A program made the translations under genes and the position numbers. From contig JAXMOU010000002.1 in assembly GCA_034669685.1 (NCBI GenBank), forward strand, positions 943,230 through 1,007,229: a DNA stretch of 64,000 nt, given 5' to 3'. Each line of letters begins with the position of its first letter. Position 1 is the first letter of the stretch. The notes under the pieces are model-generated. The model had not been told where the DNA came from. It worked only from the letters and a program-made list of their open reading frames with translations, and searched no databases. Shown here piece by piece: positions 47,291 through 56,567 of this stretch. Source of the DNA: Sneathiella sp. (GTDB taxonomy: Bacteria > Pseudomonadota > Alphaproteobacteria > Sneathiellales > Sneathiellaceae).

Positions 47291-49693
47291 ATGAAAATCT
47301 CTCTCCTAATCAAAAAACTTATGCTTTTGATTTCTGCTTGTGCTTTGCTGGCTTTAGCTGCTTGCGACTCTCCTGAAGAGAAGGCGCAGGCCTATTACCA
47401 AAATGGCCTTCAACTTTTTGAAGAAGAAAATTTTGAAAAAGCGGATCTAGAATTGCGAAATGCGCTTCAGTTGGACCCCAATATAGCAGATGCTTGGTAT
47501 CATTTGGCGCTGGTTGAAGAGAAGAACGGTAAGATTCGCCAATATGCCGGTGATTTGATGAAAACGGTTGAATTGGATGTAAACCATGTCGGTGCCCAAG
47601 TTCGACTGGCAAAGATCATGTTGTTTTCGGGACGTTCAGATGAAGCGCGGGAAAAAACAAATTTGGTCTTGAGGTTGGCACCAGAAAATCCAGATGTATG
47701 GTCGCTGCAAGCCGCTGTTTTACTGCGCGATGGTAAAACTGAAGAGGCCCGTAAATCAGCAGAGAAAGCAATTGAACTGGAGGCGGGGCATGTGGAGGCA
47801 AGTCTTGTGCTTGCCGTTGGCGCCCTAGGTGAACAAGATTTTGATAAAGCCTTATCATTTATTGCTGTCAGCCGTGAAAAGCACCCAGAGAACGTACCAC
47901 TGCTTCTAACTAAAATGCGTGTGTTAGAGATTAAAAAAGACAAGGCGGGTATTGAGCAGACATTTCGGGATTTGATCAAAATTGATCCCGACAATCGGCA
48001 GTTTCGAACGAATTTGACACGCTTTTATTTATCCGAAGGGAAAAAAGACAAAGCCGAAGCTGAAATCAGGTCCATCGCAGATCAGAATCCCGAAGATACA
48101 AATGCCAAGCTTGATATTATCCGGTATTTGCAATCCGTTTCGGGAACTGATGTCGCAAAGGCTGAGCTCGAAAAAGTTATTAAAGAACAGCCCGAAGAGT
48201 ATATTTATCAACTGGCACTTGCGGAGATGTTCTTACTTGAACGGGATGTCGAAAGCGCGAAGACAACCCTCAAGAAGGTTATCGAGAGTGCTGGTACCGA
48301 AGAAGATGGCTTAAGCGCCCGTGTTAAGTTGGCTGAACTCTTGCTTCGTGAAGGAAAGAGAGATGAAGTCAATGCGTTACTTGAGCAAACTCTGTCAGTA
48401 GATGCGCTTAACTTGCAAGCTCTTACAATGCGAGCTGCGCTTTCGCTAGATGCAGGCCGCATAGAGGATGGCATTACGGATCTGCGATCTGCGCTTAAGA
48501 ATCAGCCTGATAATGTTCGGGCTACCATGCTGCTTGCGAGAGCTCATGAGATGAACGGAGCTGTGGAGCTGGCAGATGACCGATTTGCCGCCGGTGTTAA
48601 AATGTCAAACGCAAGTCCAGACGCTTCCCTTCAGTATTCGCAGTTTTTGACCCGGAGAGGCAATCAGGAGCGCGCCATCAAGGTGTTGAAGGATTCCTTG
48701 AAAACCAATCCTCAGAATAGATCTTTGCTGACGGCCTTGGCGCAAGTCTATTTGATTGAAAAGGACTGGAAGGGCGCGGAAGAAATTGCGACTTACTTGA
48801 AGAAGCTAGATCAGGACAATCCAGTCTCCGATCAAATATTGGGGCGGGCCTACGCGGGTCAGAATAATTTTGAAAAGAGTATTGAAGCTTTTCAGCAGGC
48901 GCATGAAAATGTTCCAAATGGCGTCAATACAATGGTGGCGATGACGCGGCTTTATATGGCTCAAGGAAAGATCGAAGAAGCGGTTAAATTCCTGAGCGAT
49001 ATTATTGAGGCATCTCCAGAAAATTATCCCGCGCGTCTCTTGCGTGCCCAGCTTTTTGCGGCAAACGGTCGCGATAAAGAAGCTTTGGAGAGTTTTGAAA
49101 AGATCATTAGTGAAAAGCCAGATTATGAATCTGTTTATTATGCGCTCTTTACCTATCATGTTCGCCAAAAAGACTTTGATGCGGCCCGCTCATCACTTGA
49201 TCGGGGCTTAAAAGCTCTTCCAAAGAACTATACGCTTCTAATGTCTCAAGCAGGTTTGTTTGAGCTTCAGGAGAAATATCCGGATGCCATCGAAATTTAT
49301 AAAGAGATCCTTGAACTTCGTCCCAATAACGATGTGGTTGCCAATAATTTGGCGAGCTTAATGTCTGTTGTACATGATGATGAGGAAAACCTTCGTCTTG
49401 CCTATACGTATGCAAAGCGGTTCAGAAGCTCTAATGTGCCCCATTTTCTAGATACCCTGGGATGGATACATTACAAATTAGGTGAGTATGAGCTGGCAAC
49501 CGAGCTTCTGGAAAAAGCGGTAGAGAAAATGCCGGATTTCGGGACATTACGTTACCATTTGGGTATGTCTTATTTGGCGGAGTTGAACACAGATAAAGGG
49601 AAAGCGGAGCTTGCAAAAGCGATTGAAGTTGGTGAAAGCAAACCGTTCCCGGAACTTGAAGAGGCTAAAAAAGAGTTTGGCTTGATAAAATAG
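47291..49693 (+). CDS. TPR-repeat lipoprotein (PrsT-like, exosortase/EPS-associated)
   Basis: Lipobox LALAAC-D; continuous TPR repeats; C-terminal ANNLA...LDTLGWIHY...YHLG pattern. Confidence 0.82.
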   Translation: MKISLLIKKLMLLISACALLALAACDSPEEKAQAYYQNGLQLFEEENFEKADLELRNALQLDPNIADAWYHLALVEEKNGKIRQYAGDLMKTVELDVNHVGAQVRLAKIMLFSGRSDEAREKTNLVLRLAPENPDVWSLQAAVLLRDGKTEEARKSAEKAIELEAGHVEASLVLAVGALGEQDFDKALSFIAVSREKHPENVPLLLTKMRVLEIKKDKAGIEQTFRDLIKIDPDNRQFRTNLTRFYLSEGKKDKAEAEIRSIADQNPEDTNAKLDIIRYLQSVSGTDVAKAELEKVIKEQPEEYIYQLALAEMFLLERDVESAKTTLKKVIESAGTEEDGLSARVKLAELLLREGKRDEVNALLEQTLSVDALNLQALTMRAALSLDAGRIEDGITDLRSALKNQPDNVRATMLLARAHEMNGAVELADDRFAAGVKMSNASPDASLQYSQFLTRRGNQERAIKVLKDSLKTNPQNRSLLTALAQVYLIEKDWKGAEEIATYLKKLDQDNPVSDQILGRAYAGQNNFEKSIEAFQQAHENVPNGVNTMVAMTRLYMAQGKIEEAVKFLSDIIEASPENYPARLLRAQLFAANGRDKEALESFEKIISEKPDYESVYYALFTYHVRQKDFDAARSSLDRGLKALPKNYTLLMSQAGLFELQEKYPDAIEIYKEILELRPNNDVVANNLASLMSVVHDDEENLRLAYTYAKRFRSSNVPHFLDTLGWIHYKLGEYELATELLEKAVEKMPDFGTLRYHLGMSYLAELNTDKGKAELAKAIEVGESKPFPELEEAKKEFGLIK

Positions 49694-49791
49694 CCACAAT
49701 TCTTAGGTAAAAGTCGTTATTTGTTAAGGGGTCCCCTATAATATAGGGTGATCCTTTAATGCCACCCGCATTTACCAGATGGTATGCCTTT

Positions 49792-50730
49792 ATGTATGAA
49801 GAGTTTTATGGGCTGCACAATAAGCCCTTTTCAATTCAGCCCGACCCTGAGTTTATTTACTGGGGAAGAACCCATTCATTAGCCTATGCTATGTTGGAAT
49901 ATGGCGTGATGAACCATGCCGGCTTCACCGTGATTACAGGGGATATTGGCTGCGGTAAAACGACGCTCATAAGGCATCTGCTCAACAGATTAGAGGGGCA
50001 GTATACTGTCGGACTGGTTTCCAACATACAAGGTGGAAACCTTCTAGAGTGGGTTCTTTCTGCCTTTGGTCAACCTTATGATAACCCGTCACAGGTCGCA
50101 CTGCATGATCAGTTACAAGCTTTTTTAATTGAACAGTATGCGGCGGGACGCAGGACAATTTTAATTGTCGATGAAGCGCAGAATTTGGGCCCTAAACTGC
50201 TTGAGCAACTTCGCCTGTTATCTAACATTAATTCTGATAATGATCAGTTGTTGCAATTGATCCTGGTCGGGCAGCCACAGTTAAAGACATTGCTTCAATC
50301 CCCGGGTTTGACGCAATTTGCACAGCGGGTCGCGTCTGATTTTCATCTTGTTCCTTTAAGCCAGTCTGATGTTCGAGAGTATATAAACCACCGATTAGAA
50401 ATTTCGGGGCGCCATGAAGAACTGTTCACAGATCTAGCATGTGAGCGAATTTATGAAGCCAGCCGCGGCATTCCCAGAATTATCAATATCTTGTGCGACA
50501 CATGTATGGTTTATGGGTTTGCGCAAATGGCAGAGCGAATTGACAGCGCCGTTGTTGATGAGGTTATCGAGGATAAACGTGAACACGGCGTATTTAAGCT
50601 CGGTGAAGAGGGCGCGGTTGCAAAGACCGAGAAGCCATCCATGTCAACAAGTGAAGAAGATGATGAACCGGCACTTGTTATTCGCGATAAAGAGCTGGTG
50701 AAGTTGCTGCTTGAGAAACTACAAGGATAA
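49792..50730 (+). CDS. ExeA-like AAA ATPase (PEP-CTERM/EPS-associated)
   Basis: MYEEFYGL..KPFSIQPDP, TGDIGCGKTT, IVDEAQNL, LVGQPQL, GIPRIINILCD. Confidence 0.9.
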   Translation: MYEEFYGLHNKPFSIQPDPEFIYWGRTHSLAYAMLEYGVMNHAGFTVITGDIGCGKTTLIRHLLNRLEGQYTVGLVSNIQGGNLLEWVLSAFGQPYDNPSQVALHDQLQAFLIEQYAAGRRTILIVDEAQNLGPKLLEQLRLLSNINSDNDQLLQLILVGQPQLKTLLQSPGLTQFAQRVASDFHLVPLSQSDVREYINHRLEISGRHEELFTDLACERIYEASRGIPRIINILCDTCMVYGFAQMAERIDSAVVDEVIEDKREHGVFKLGEEGAVAKTEKPSMSTSEEDDEPALVIRDKELVKLLLEKLQG

Positions 50731-50746
50731 AGAGATTATATTTTTG

Positions 50747-52051
50747 GTGAATTTTTCAAAGTTAGTGAAGGCGTGTTTACTTATCAGTTGCATTTATTGG
50801 GCTGTTCTCCCTCGTCATGTTGAGGCAGGCGATCATTATGTAGACCCTCTATCTAATTCTCAAATTAAGCCAGATGGATCAAAATCGATGCCGTGGCGAA
50901 ATTTACAGTCACTAATTGAAGGTGGATTAGTAAAATCAGGTGATACGATTTACTTGTTTCCTGGATACTATAATCTACTAACAATTTATAAAAATAATAA
51001 ATTGTCCGAAACAAAAATTGTTTCCATTTCCAAGCATAAAGCAGTTTTTTCTAAGATTATGATTAGGGAATCTGAAAATTGGACACTGGACGGAGTTAAA
51101 GTACTTAAAGATTTAAATACACCTTCAAACGCTCGGAACTTGGTCGATATCGAGACAGGCTCTAAGAATATTACCGTTAAGAATTCAATTGTCCTTTCAG
51201 CAGAAGATAGTTTGGGGTGGGGCGTTAAAGAATGGAATGACAGAGTGAAGTCTGGAATTTTTTCTCGAGGAACGAATGTAACTATATTAAATAACGCGGT
51301 TTATAATGTTGATTTTGGTATCTCAATGGTTGGTAAAAAATCAACGGTTTTAGGTAATCGCGTGACGGATTTCTCTGGGGATGGTTTGCGTGGACTCGGA
51401 GATGAGTCAGTTTTTGAGGAAAATGTTGTTACAAATTGTCATTCAGTAAATCAGAATCATGATGACGGATTTCAGTCTTGGAGTATGGATGATAAATGGA
51501 ATGTTGGCGTTAGCGTAGTTAAAAATGTTTCTCTTAAGCGCAATGTTTTTATTGCAAATGAAACAAAGAATAATTTTCCAAATTGTGAGATGCAAGGTAT
51601 CGGGCTCTTCGATGGTATGTTTGAAAACTGGGTTATTGAAAATAATATAGTGGTTGTTGATCACTGGCACGGCATTACCGTTATGGGTGCGAAAAACATC
51701 AAAATATTGAATAATACTGTATTTGATCCAACAGATAAAAAACCTGGGCCAGCTTGGATTAGAATAACAAATCACAAAAAGGGTAATATTTCTTCCGGAA
51801 ACTTAGTCGCCAATAACTTGACTCATTCATATAGTTTTCCAGATGGGGGAGTGATGCAACTTCAAAACCAAATCATACGAAACCCTTATGATCTATTTGT
51901 TGATCCTGATAACCATGACTACCGCCTGAAAAAACGAAGCCGGGCTGTCAATGCTGGCATGGATGGACTGGGCGTAGATGAAGATTTTTTTGGGAACCCA
52001 CGTCCTTCAGGAAGCAAAACAGATGTTGGGGCCGTCGAGTTTCAGCAATAA
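50747..52051 (+). CDS. Sec-exported right-handed beta-helix protein (putative polysaccharide lyase/modifier) with choice-of-anchor-Q-like C-terminus
   Basis: Signal-peptide-like N-terminus; YVDP...GSKSMPW; PbH1-type repeats; NHDDGFQSW, MQGIGLFDG; C-terminal DYRLK...AVNAG...DFFGNPRP...DVGAVE. Start uncertain (ORF from 50711). Confidence 0.8.
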   Translation: MNFSKLVKACLLISCIYWAVLPRHVEAGDHYVDPLSNSQIKPDGSKSMPWRNLQSLIEGGLVKSGDTIYLFPGYYNLLTIYKNNKLSETKIVSISKHKAVFSKIMIRESENWTLDGVKVLKDLNTPSNARNLVDIETGSKNITVKNSIVLSAEDSLGWGVKEWNDRVKSGIFSRGTNVTILNNAVYNVDFGISMVGKKSTVLGNRVTDFSGDGLRGLGDESVFEENVVTNCHSVNQNHDDGFQSWSMDDKWNVGVSVVKNVSLKRNVFIANETKNNFPNCEMQGIGLFDGMFENWVIENNIVVVDHWHGITVMGAKNIKILNNTVFDPTDKKPGPAWIRITNHKKGNISSGNLVANNLTHSYSFPDGGVMQLQNQIIRNPYDLFVDPDNHDYRLKKRSRAVNAGMDGLGVDEDFFGNPRPSGSKTDVGAVEFQQ

Positions 52052-52055
52052 TTGC

Positions 52056-53525
52056 TTAAAAAGTTTTCCGGATTGAGACAGAAATAGAGTTTTCAATGAT
52101 ATCGCCGGTGCTATCATTATCTCTCGTCAGATTGTTGTAGCTTGCCGTGCCCCGCAATCCATTTCCAAATTTGTAAGAATAAGTTGTCCCGAAATTATAT
52201 ACTGTCTCTTCTTCTGCTGAGCTGGAACCATCAATTATATCGGAAACTCCCGCATTAAGACTTAGATCAGCACGTGGTGTAAGTTGGCGTATATAGTTTC
52301 CGTTTAAGGCTGCGATACGTTCACTTGAACTTTCGGAGAGAATATCGCGTTCGATATAACTTCCTGAAACACTATAGGTGTTTCTGCCGCGAGAGCCGTT
52401 CCATCGTAGATCTAGGACTTTAGATTTTGTTACGTCATCGACGTATCGAGCCGCAGAAAAGTTTGGCCGGATTAGCTCACCTTGGTCATCTAAAACATCT
52501 GTATTCGCGAGGCTGTAGTCTGCGGAATTAATGGAAACCTTGTAAGTTGCCGTGATGCTATCTTGGCTGGTCGGCTTATATGATGCATTCATATCATAAA
52601 CGATATCATCAAAACGGTGACCAATCTGAAAACTTATATCTGTACGCGTATTGGGGTGAAAGCGCACACCGCCACCGGCAAAAAAGCCGCCAAGGTCATC
52701 GTCATTATCTACATTGTTAATGTCAAAATCATCATATCCAACTGTACCGAGAAGAGAGAACATCCGACTGATGGGTAGCTCTCCTGTTACTGTCGTAGAG
52801 GCATGTGTAAATTCATCGCCAACATCTGATTCAGACATCAAGAGCTTATTGTCAACGGACCATTTGTAGGCATCAAACCTCAGTCCACTATCAAATTTCA
52901 GTTGATACTCATGTGATTTTTGATTGGAAGGGTCTGTTGAGTTTTCGCCAACATTTGGGTCGAAAAAACGGGTCTCTGAGTAGCCATAGCGTGCGGTTGC
53001 AAGCATCCAGTCATCAAAGTCTTGAATATAGTAGGGGCTAAAACTGCCATTTAGAACCTGAGTTCGGCCATTGGACTGTGTTCTGTCAGAGGCAGCTGTC
53101 GCGCCTGTGCTATCCAGACTTTCCTCAGTGAATGTGAGGCGACCATCAATGAAAAGATGGTCTTCGATCAGTTCAATATTTCCGTTGCCAACAAAATTTT
53201 GTCGATAACCATCGAGCTCATGATATTTTGCATAATAATCTTGAGAGATAGTGTATGAGACATCAAGATTTGTCCGCCTAGTCTCACCGGATAGATTAAA
53301 CCCCAAATCTACGCTGGTAATGAAATCACTTTTTTCATTATTTGTTGTGCTAAAGACATTGTCTGAAAATTGCTCATCCGCAGAGACAAAGGGTGCAAAA
53401 TCCCATTCATTTGCAGAAGCAGTAAAAGAGTTTAGACAGGTTCCCACAAGCAAAAAAGTCGCGAATGAGGTTCGCGATTTTTTTGTGCGATTTTGTTGGC
53501 TGCGCCAAATCGTGGGGTTCAACAC
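52056..53525 (-). CDS. Outer-membrane beta-barrel protein associated with EPS/PEP-CTERM loci
   Basis: Alternating amphipathic beta pattern; FSDNV motif near the N-terminus; terminal Phe (SVSIRKTF); GTG 53525 has an AGGA RBS. Confidence 0.8.
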   Translation of the reverse strand: MLNPTIWRSQQNRTKKSRTSFATFLLVGTCLNSFTASANEWDFAPFVSADEQFSDNVFSTTNNEKSDFITSVDLGFNLSGETRRTNLDVSYTISQDYYAKYHELDGYRQNFVGNGNIELIEDHLFIDGRLTFTEESLDSTGATAASDRTQSNGRTQVLNGSFSPYYIQDFDDWMLATARYGYSETRFFDPNVGENSTDPSNQKSHEYQLKFDSGLRFDAYKWSVDNKLLMSESDVGDEFTHASTTVTGELPISRMFSLLGTVGYDDFDINNVDNDDDLGGFFAGGGVRFHPNTRTDISFQIGHRFDDIVYDMNASYKPTSQDSITATYKVSINSADYSLANTDVLDDQGELIRPNFSAARYVDDVTKSKVLDLRWNGSRGRNTYSVSGSYIERDILSESSSERIAALNGNYIRQLTPRADLSLNAGVSDIIDGSSSAEEETVYNFGTTYSYKFGNGLRGTASYNNLTRDNDSTGDIIENSISVSIRKTF

Positions 53526-53571
53526 GTCTATCCTAAGTAATACTGATGTAAACAAAAGTAGATCTTAACGC

Positions 53572-54201
53572 CTAAAACCAGCTTTCAGGAATAATGATTA
53601 TGTCACCAGGTAACAGGGGAACGTTGGCCGAGACATCCCCATCTAACAGGAGGTCGTTTAATCGAACCCGGTATGTTTTTTTCTCGCCGTTTTCGTAGCG
53701 GATAATGATCGACCGGTTACCTGCTGCAAATTCAGTCATGCCGCCAACCGCGATCATTGCATCAAGAACCGTCATTTTATCATTAAATGAAATTGCCATG
53801 GGGCGAGCGGCTTGGCCGACGATCCGAACCTGCTGGTTGTAGGGGCCTGCAAATTTTTTCACTGAGACTGTTACTACGGGGTCAACGATAAATTTTGTGA
53901 GTTTTGAAGCGATGTCTTTGGCCAGCTGATCGGCCGTTTTTTCTGCAGCCTGAATGTCACCGATCAAAGGTGTGGAAACTTTTCCGTCGGGGCGAACCGG
54001 CACCGTTACTGAAAGATCTGGGTTTTGCCAGACAAACACATCCAGTTCATCATGGGCACCGATAATATATTCCGGTGCATCAGTCAAAGTTGTTGGAGCG
54101 TCACCGGAAAGCTCTGGGTGTGAGGCACAAGCCGTAAGAATTGCGACCAACCCAATCGCAAGCAAACGCGTTACGAGTGCACTTAAAGATTTCTTTTTCA
54201 A
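53572..54201 (-). CDS. wza: Short Wza/OPX polysaccharide export lipoprotein
   Basis: TTG 54201 with GGGAGG RBS; lipobox LTAC; YIIGAHDELDV, VRPDGKVSTPLIGDI (PES motif), one SLBB domain, ends PGDIIIIPESWF. Confidence 0.88.
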   Translation of the reverse strand: MKKKSLSALVTRLLAIGLVAILTACASHPELSGDAPTTLTDAPEYIIGAHDELDVFVWQNPDLSVTVPVRPDGKVSTPLIGDIQAAEKTADQLAKDIASKLTKFIVDPVVTVSVKKFAGPYNQQVRIVGQAARPMAISFNDKMTVLDAMIAVGGMTEFAAGNRSIIIRYENGEKKTYRVRLNDLLLDGDVSANVPLLPGDIIIIPESWF

Positions 54202-54443
54202 CGAAGCCTCCCGCCGGCAAAATATTAACATTATTTGGCCATATTAAAGCAATATTCACTAACGTGGGAATATAACTATATTTTGAACAGCTGTAAAAGC
54301 TAAGCTTTGAGTTTTTGTCAGTTTCTTTGGTGTCGTTGTTATTGAGCAACGCATGGTTTCTTGGTTATGGGTTGCTTAATTCTAGATCGAAAACCGTAAA
54401 TCACGAGGCGTTTTGACGCGAACTGGAACTATTGGGAAGTGCC

Positions 54444-56540
54444 GTGAAGCAAAAAGGAAGTGCGTTCCTTAAAGAAACGCTCGATAAATGTAAAAAAGCA
54501 TTTGTAATTGTTGCAGTCTTTGGTCTGTGCATAAACTTGCTTATGCTAACGGCCCCGCTTTTTATGATGCAGGTTTTTGATCGTGTGATTACCGGCCGAA
54601 ATACAGATACTCTGATAATGTTGATGATAGTTGCGGTAATTGCATTGACGACAATGGCCGCACTCGAATCTATTCGAACCTTTGTTATGGTGCGATTAAG
54701 TGGCTGGCTTGATCGCAGGCTTGGGGCAATTTCGCTAACCGCCAGTATCTATGCCACTCTTAAAAAAGGAGAAGATGCTAATGTTCAGGGGCTTAGGGAC
54801 CTGAGCACCTTTCGTTCTTTTCTTACTGGCGCAGGCATTTTCCCAATTTTAGATATGCCTTTTGCGCCAATCTTTCTGGGGTTTATGTTTTTACTTCATC
54901 CATTGCTTGGGGGAATAGCATTGATGGGGGCGGGGATATTGTTTTCGTTTGCTCTTTTTAATGAAATGGTCACACGAAAATCTCTGGCTCAAGCTAGTCA
55001 GCAATCGATTGCTGCAATGACCTATGCGGAAGCTGCTTCGCGGAATGCGGATGTCATTGAAGCGATGGGAATGTTGCCAAATTTATTGGCTAAATGGAAT
55101 AAATCCAATGAACAGGCACTCGTCCTGCAGGCACAGGCAAGTGACCGGGGCGGGTTGGTATCATCTTTCTCTAAGTTCTTCAGAATGGTGTTGCAAATAG
55201 GTGTTTCTAGTGCGGGCGCCTGGCTTGTCATAAAAGGTGAAATGTCAGCAGGCTCTATGATCGCTGGATCCATGATTATGGGGCGTGCTTTGGGACCGGT
55301 TGAGCAGGCCATTGGCACATGGAAGGGGTTCATTGGTGCCCGTGCAGCATACGGGCGATTGAAAGCAAAACTTGCTGATACAGAGGTCGAGGGCAAAACA
55401 ATGCCCTTACCTCGTCCCAAGGGAAATATTGACATTGAAAATGTTAGCTATGTTCATTCGGGGCATACGGAACCTGTGCTTCGAAACGTTAGTTTTCGAA
55501 TTAGTGCCGGCGAAATTGTTGGGCTGATTGGCCCGACGGCCGCAGGCAAATCAACGTTAGCTCGAATAATGGTCGGTAATTTGAACCCTCGTGGAGGTCA
55601 TGCCCGACTTGATAATATGGATGTTTCCGAATGGCCAGCGGCAGATCGCGGGCAATATATAGGGTACTTGCCACAGGATGTAGAGCTGTTTGCAGGAACC
55701 ATTCGAGAGAACATATCACGTATGGCTGAAGGAGATGCCGATTTGGTGGTGGAGGCCGCCAACAAAGCGGGCGTCCATGAAATGATTTTACGGATGGAGA
55801 AGGGGTACGAAACACAAATTGGTGATGGCGGTGCCGCACTTTCTGGTGGACAGAGGCAGCGCATTGCCTTGGCAAGAGCGATTTATGGAAATCCTTGTTT
55901 ATTGGTTTTAGATGAGCCAAATGCTAATCTGGACAGCGATGGTGAAAATGCCTTGATGCAGGCAATTGATGTGTTGGCTGGTGAAGGAATGACTGTAGTT
56001 GTTGTTGCACATCGCCCAAATGTACTTCGTTTTGCTGATAAAATTGTGGTTTTGCGGAATGGCATGGTCGATGACTTTGGATATCGCGACGAAATTCTCG
56101 AGAAACTCCAAGGACCGCAAAAACCAGCCTTGGCCTCGCCGACAGCTTTTACGACTAAAGCTGCCGAACCCTCCCTGCAACTGGGGCAGGCTGCTACATC
56201 CCCTCAGGATACAAGGGGGAGAAAGAACAGTCGAAAGAACACAGATAGTGGGAATGATGCTGCCGCTCGGATGAGCAGAATGCAGGCCATTAAACAGCGA
56301 AATATTGACCGTGCAAAAGAGAGAGCAGAGCAGAAGAAAAATTTACGCTCTGCAGCTCCAAATGTCCGTAAAAGTAATCACGAATCCGATGCGATCCAAC
56401 CGATCAGTAGAGAGGTTAAAGCTGAAATCCTCTCGCTTGCAGGCAGGAGTTTGAGCGAAGAAGAAGTTTCTGAAATTTATAAATTATATTCTTCCGGTGA
56501 TAAGGAAAATATGCTGCGAAAACTCAAGGGTGTCGGCTGA
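54444..56540 (+). CDS. prtD: Type I secretion ABC permease/ATPase (PrtD-type) with a C-terminal extension
   Basis: NLLMLTAPLFMMQVFDRV, GPTAAGKST, GYLPQDVELFAGTIRENI, LSGGQRQRIALARA, VLDEPNANLD; about 140 extra residues after the NBD. Confidence 0.9.
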   Translation: MKQKGSAFLKETLDKCKKAFVIVAVFGLCINLLMLTAPLFMMQVFDRVITGRNTDTLIMLMIVAVIALTTMAALESIRTFVMVRLSGWLDRRLGAISLTASIYATLKKGEDANVQGLRDLSTFRSFLTGAGIFPILDMPFAPIFLGFMFLLHPLLGGIALMGAGILFSFALFNEMVTRKSLAQASQQSIAAMTYAEAASRNADVIEAMGMLPNLLAKWNKSNEQALVLQAQASDRGGLVSSFSKFFRMVLQIGVSSAGAWLVIKGEMSAGSMIAGSMIMGRALGPVEQAIGTWKGFIGARAAYGRLKAKLADTEVEGKTMPLPRPKGNIDIENVSYVHSGHTEPVLRNVSFRISAGEIVGLIGPTAAGKSTLARIMVGNLNPRGGHARLDNMDVSEWPAADRGQYIGYLPQDVELFAGTIRENISRMAEGDADLVVEAANKAGVHEMILRMEKGYETQIGDGGAALSGGQRQRIALARAIYGNPCLLVLDEPNANLDSDGENALMQAIDVLAGEGMTVVVVAHRPNVLRFADKIVVLRNGMVDDFGYRDEILEKLQGPQKPALASPTAFTTKAAEPSLQLGQAATSPQDTRGRKNSRKNTDSGNDAAARMSRMQAIKQRNIDRAKERAEQKKNLRSAAPNVRKSNHESDAIQPISREVKAEILSLAGRSLSEEEVSEIYKLYSSGDKENMLRKLKGVG

Positions 56541-56567
56541 TGAAATCTTTAGGGAAAGAAATAGGTT

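Noticed and set aside
54236-54251. Sigma54 promoter (TGGCCATATTAAAGCA) toward prtD
   Set aside because: GG-N10-GC spacing fits, but the flanking AC and TT consensus positions mismatch and no activator gene is in the window.
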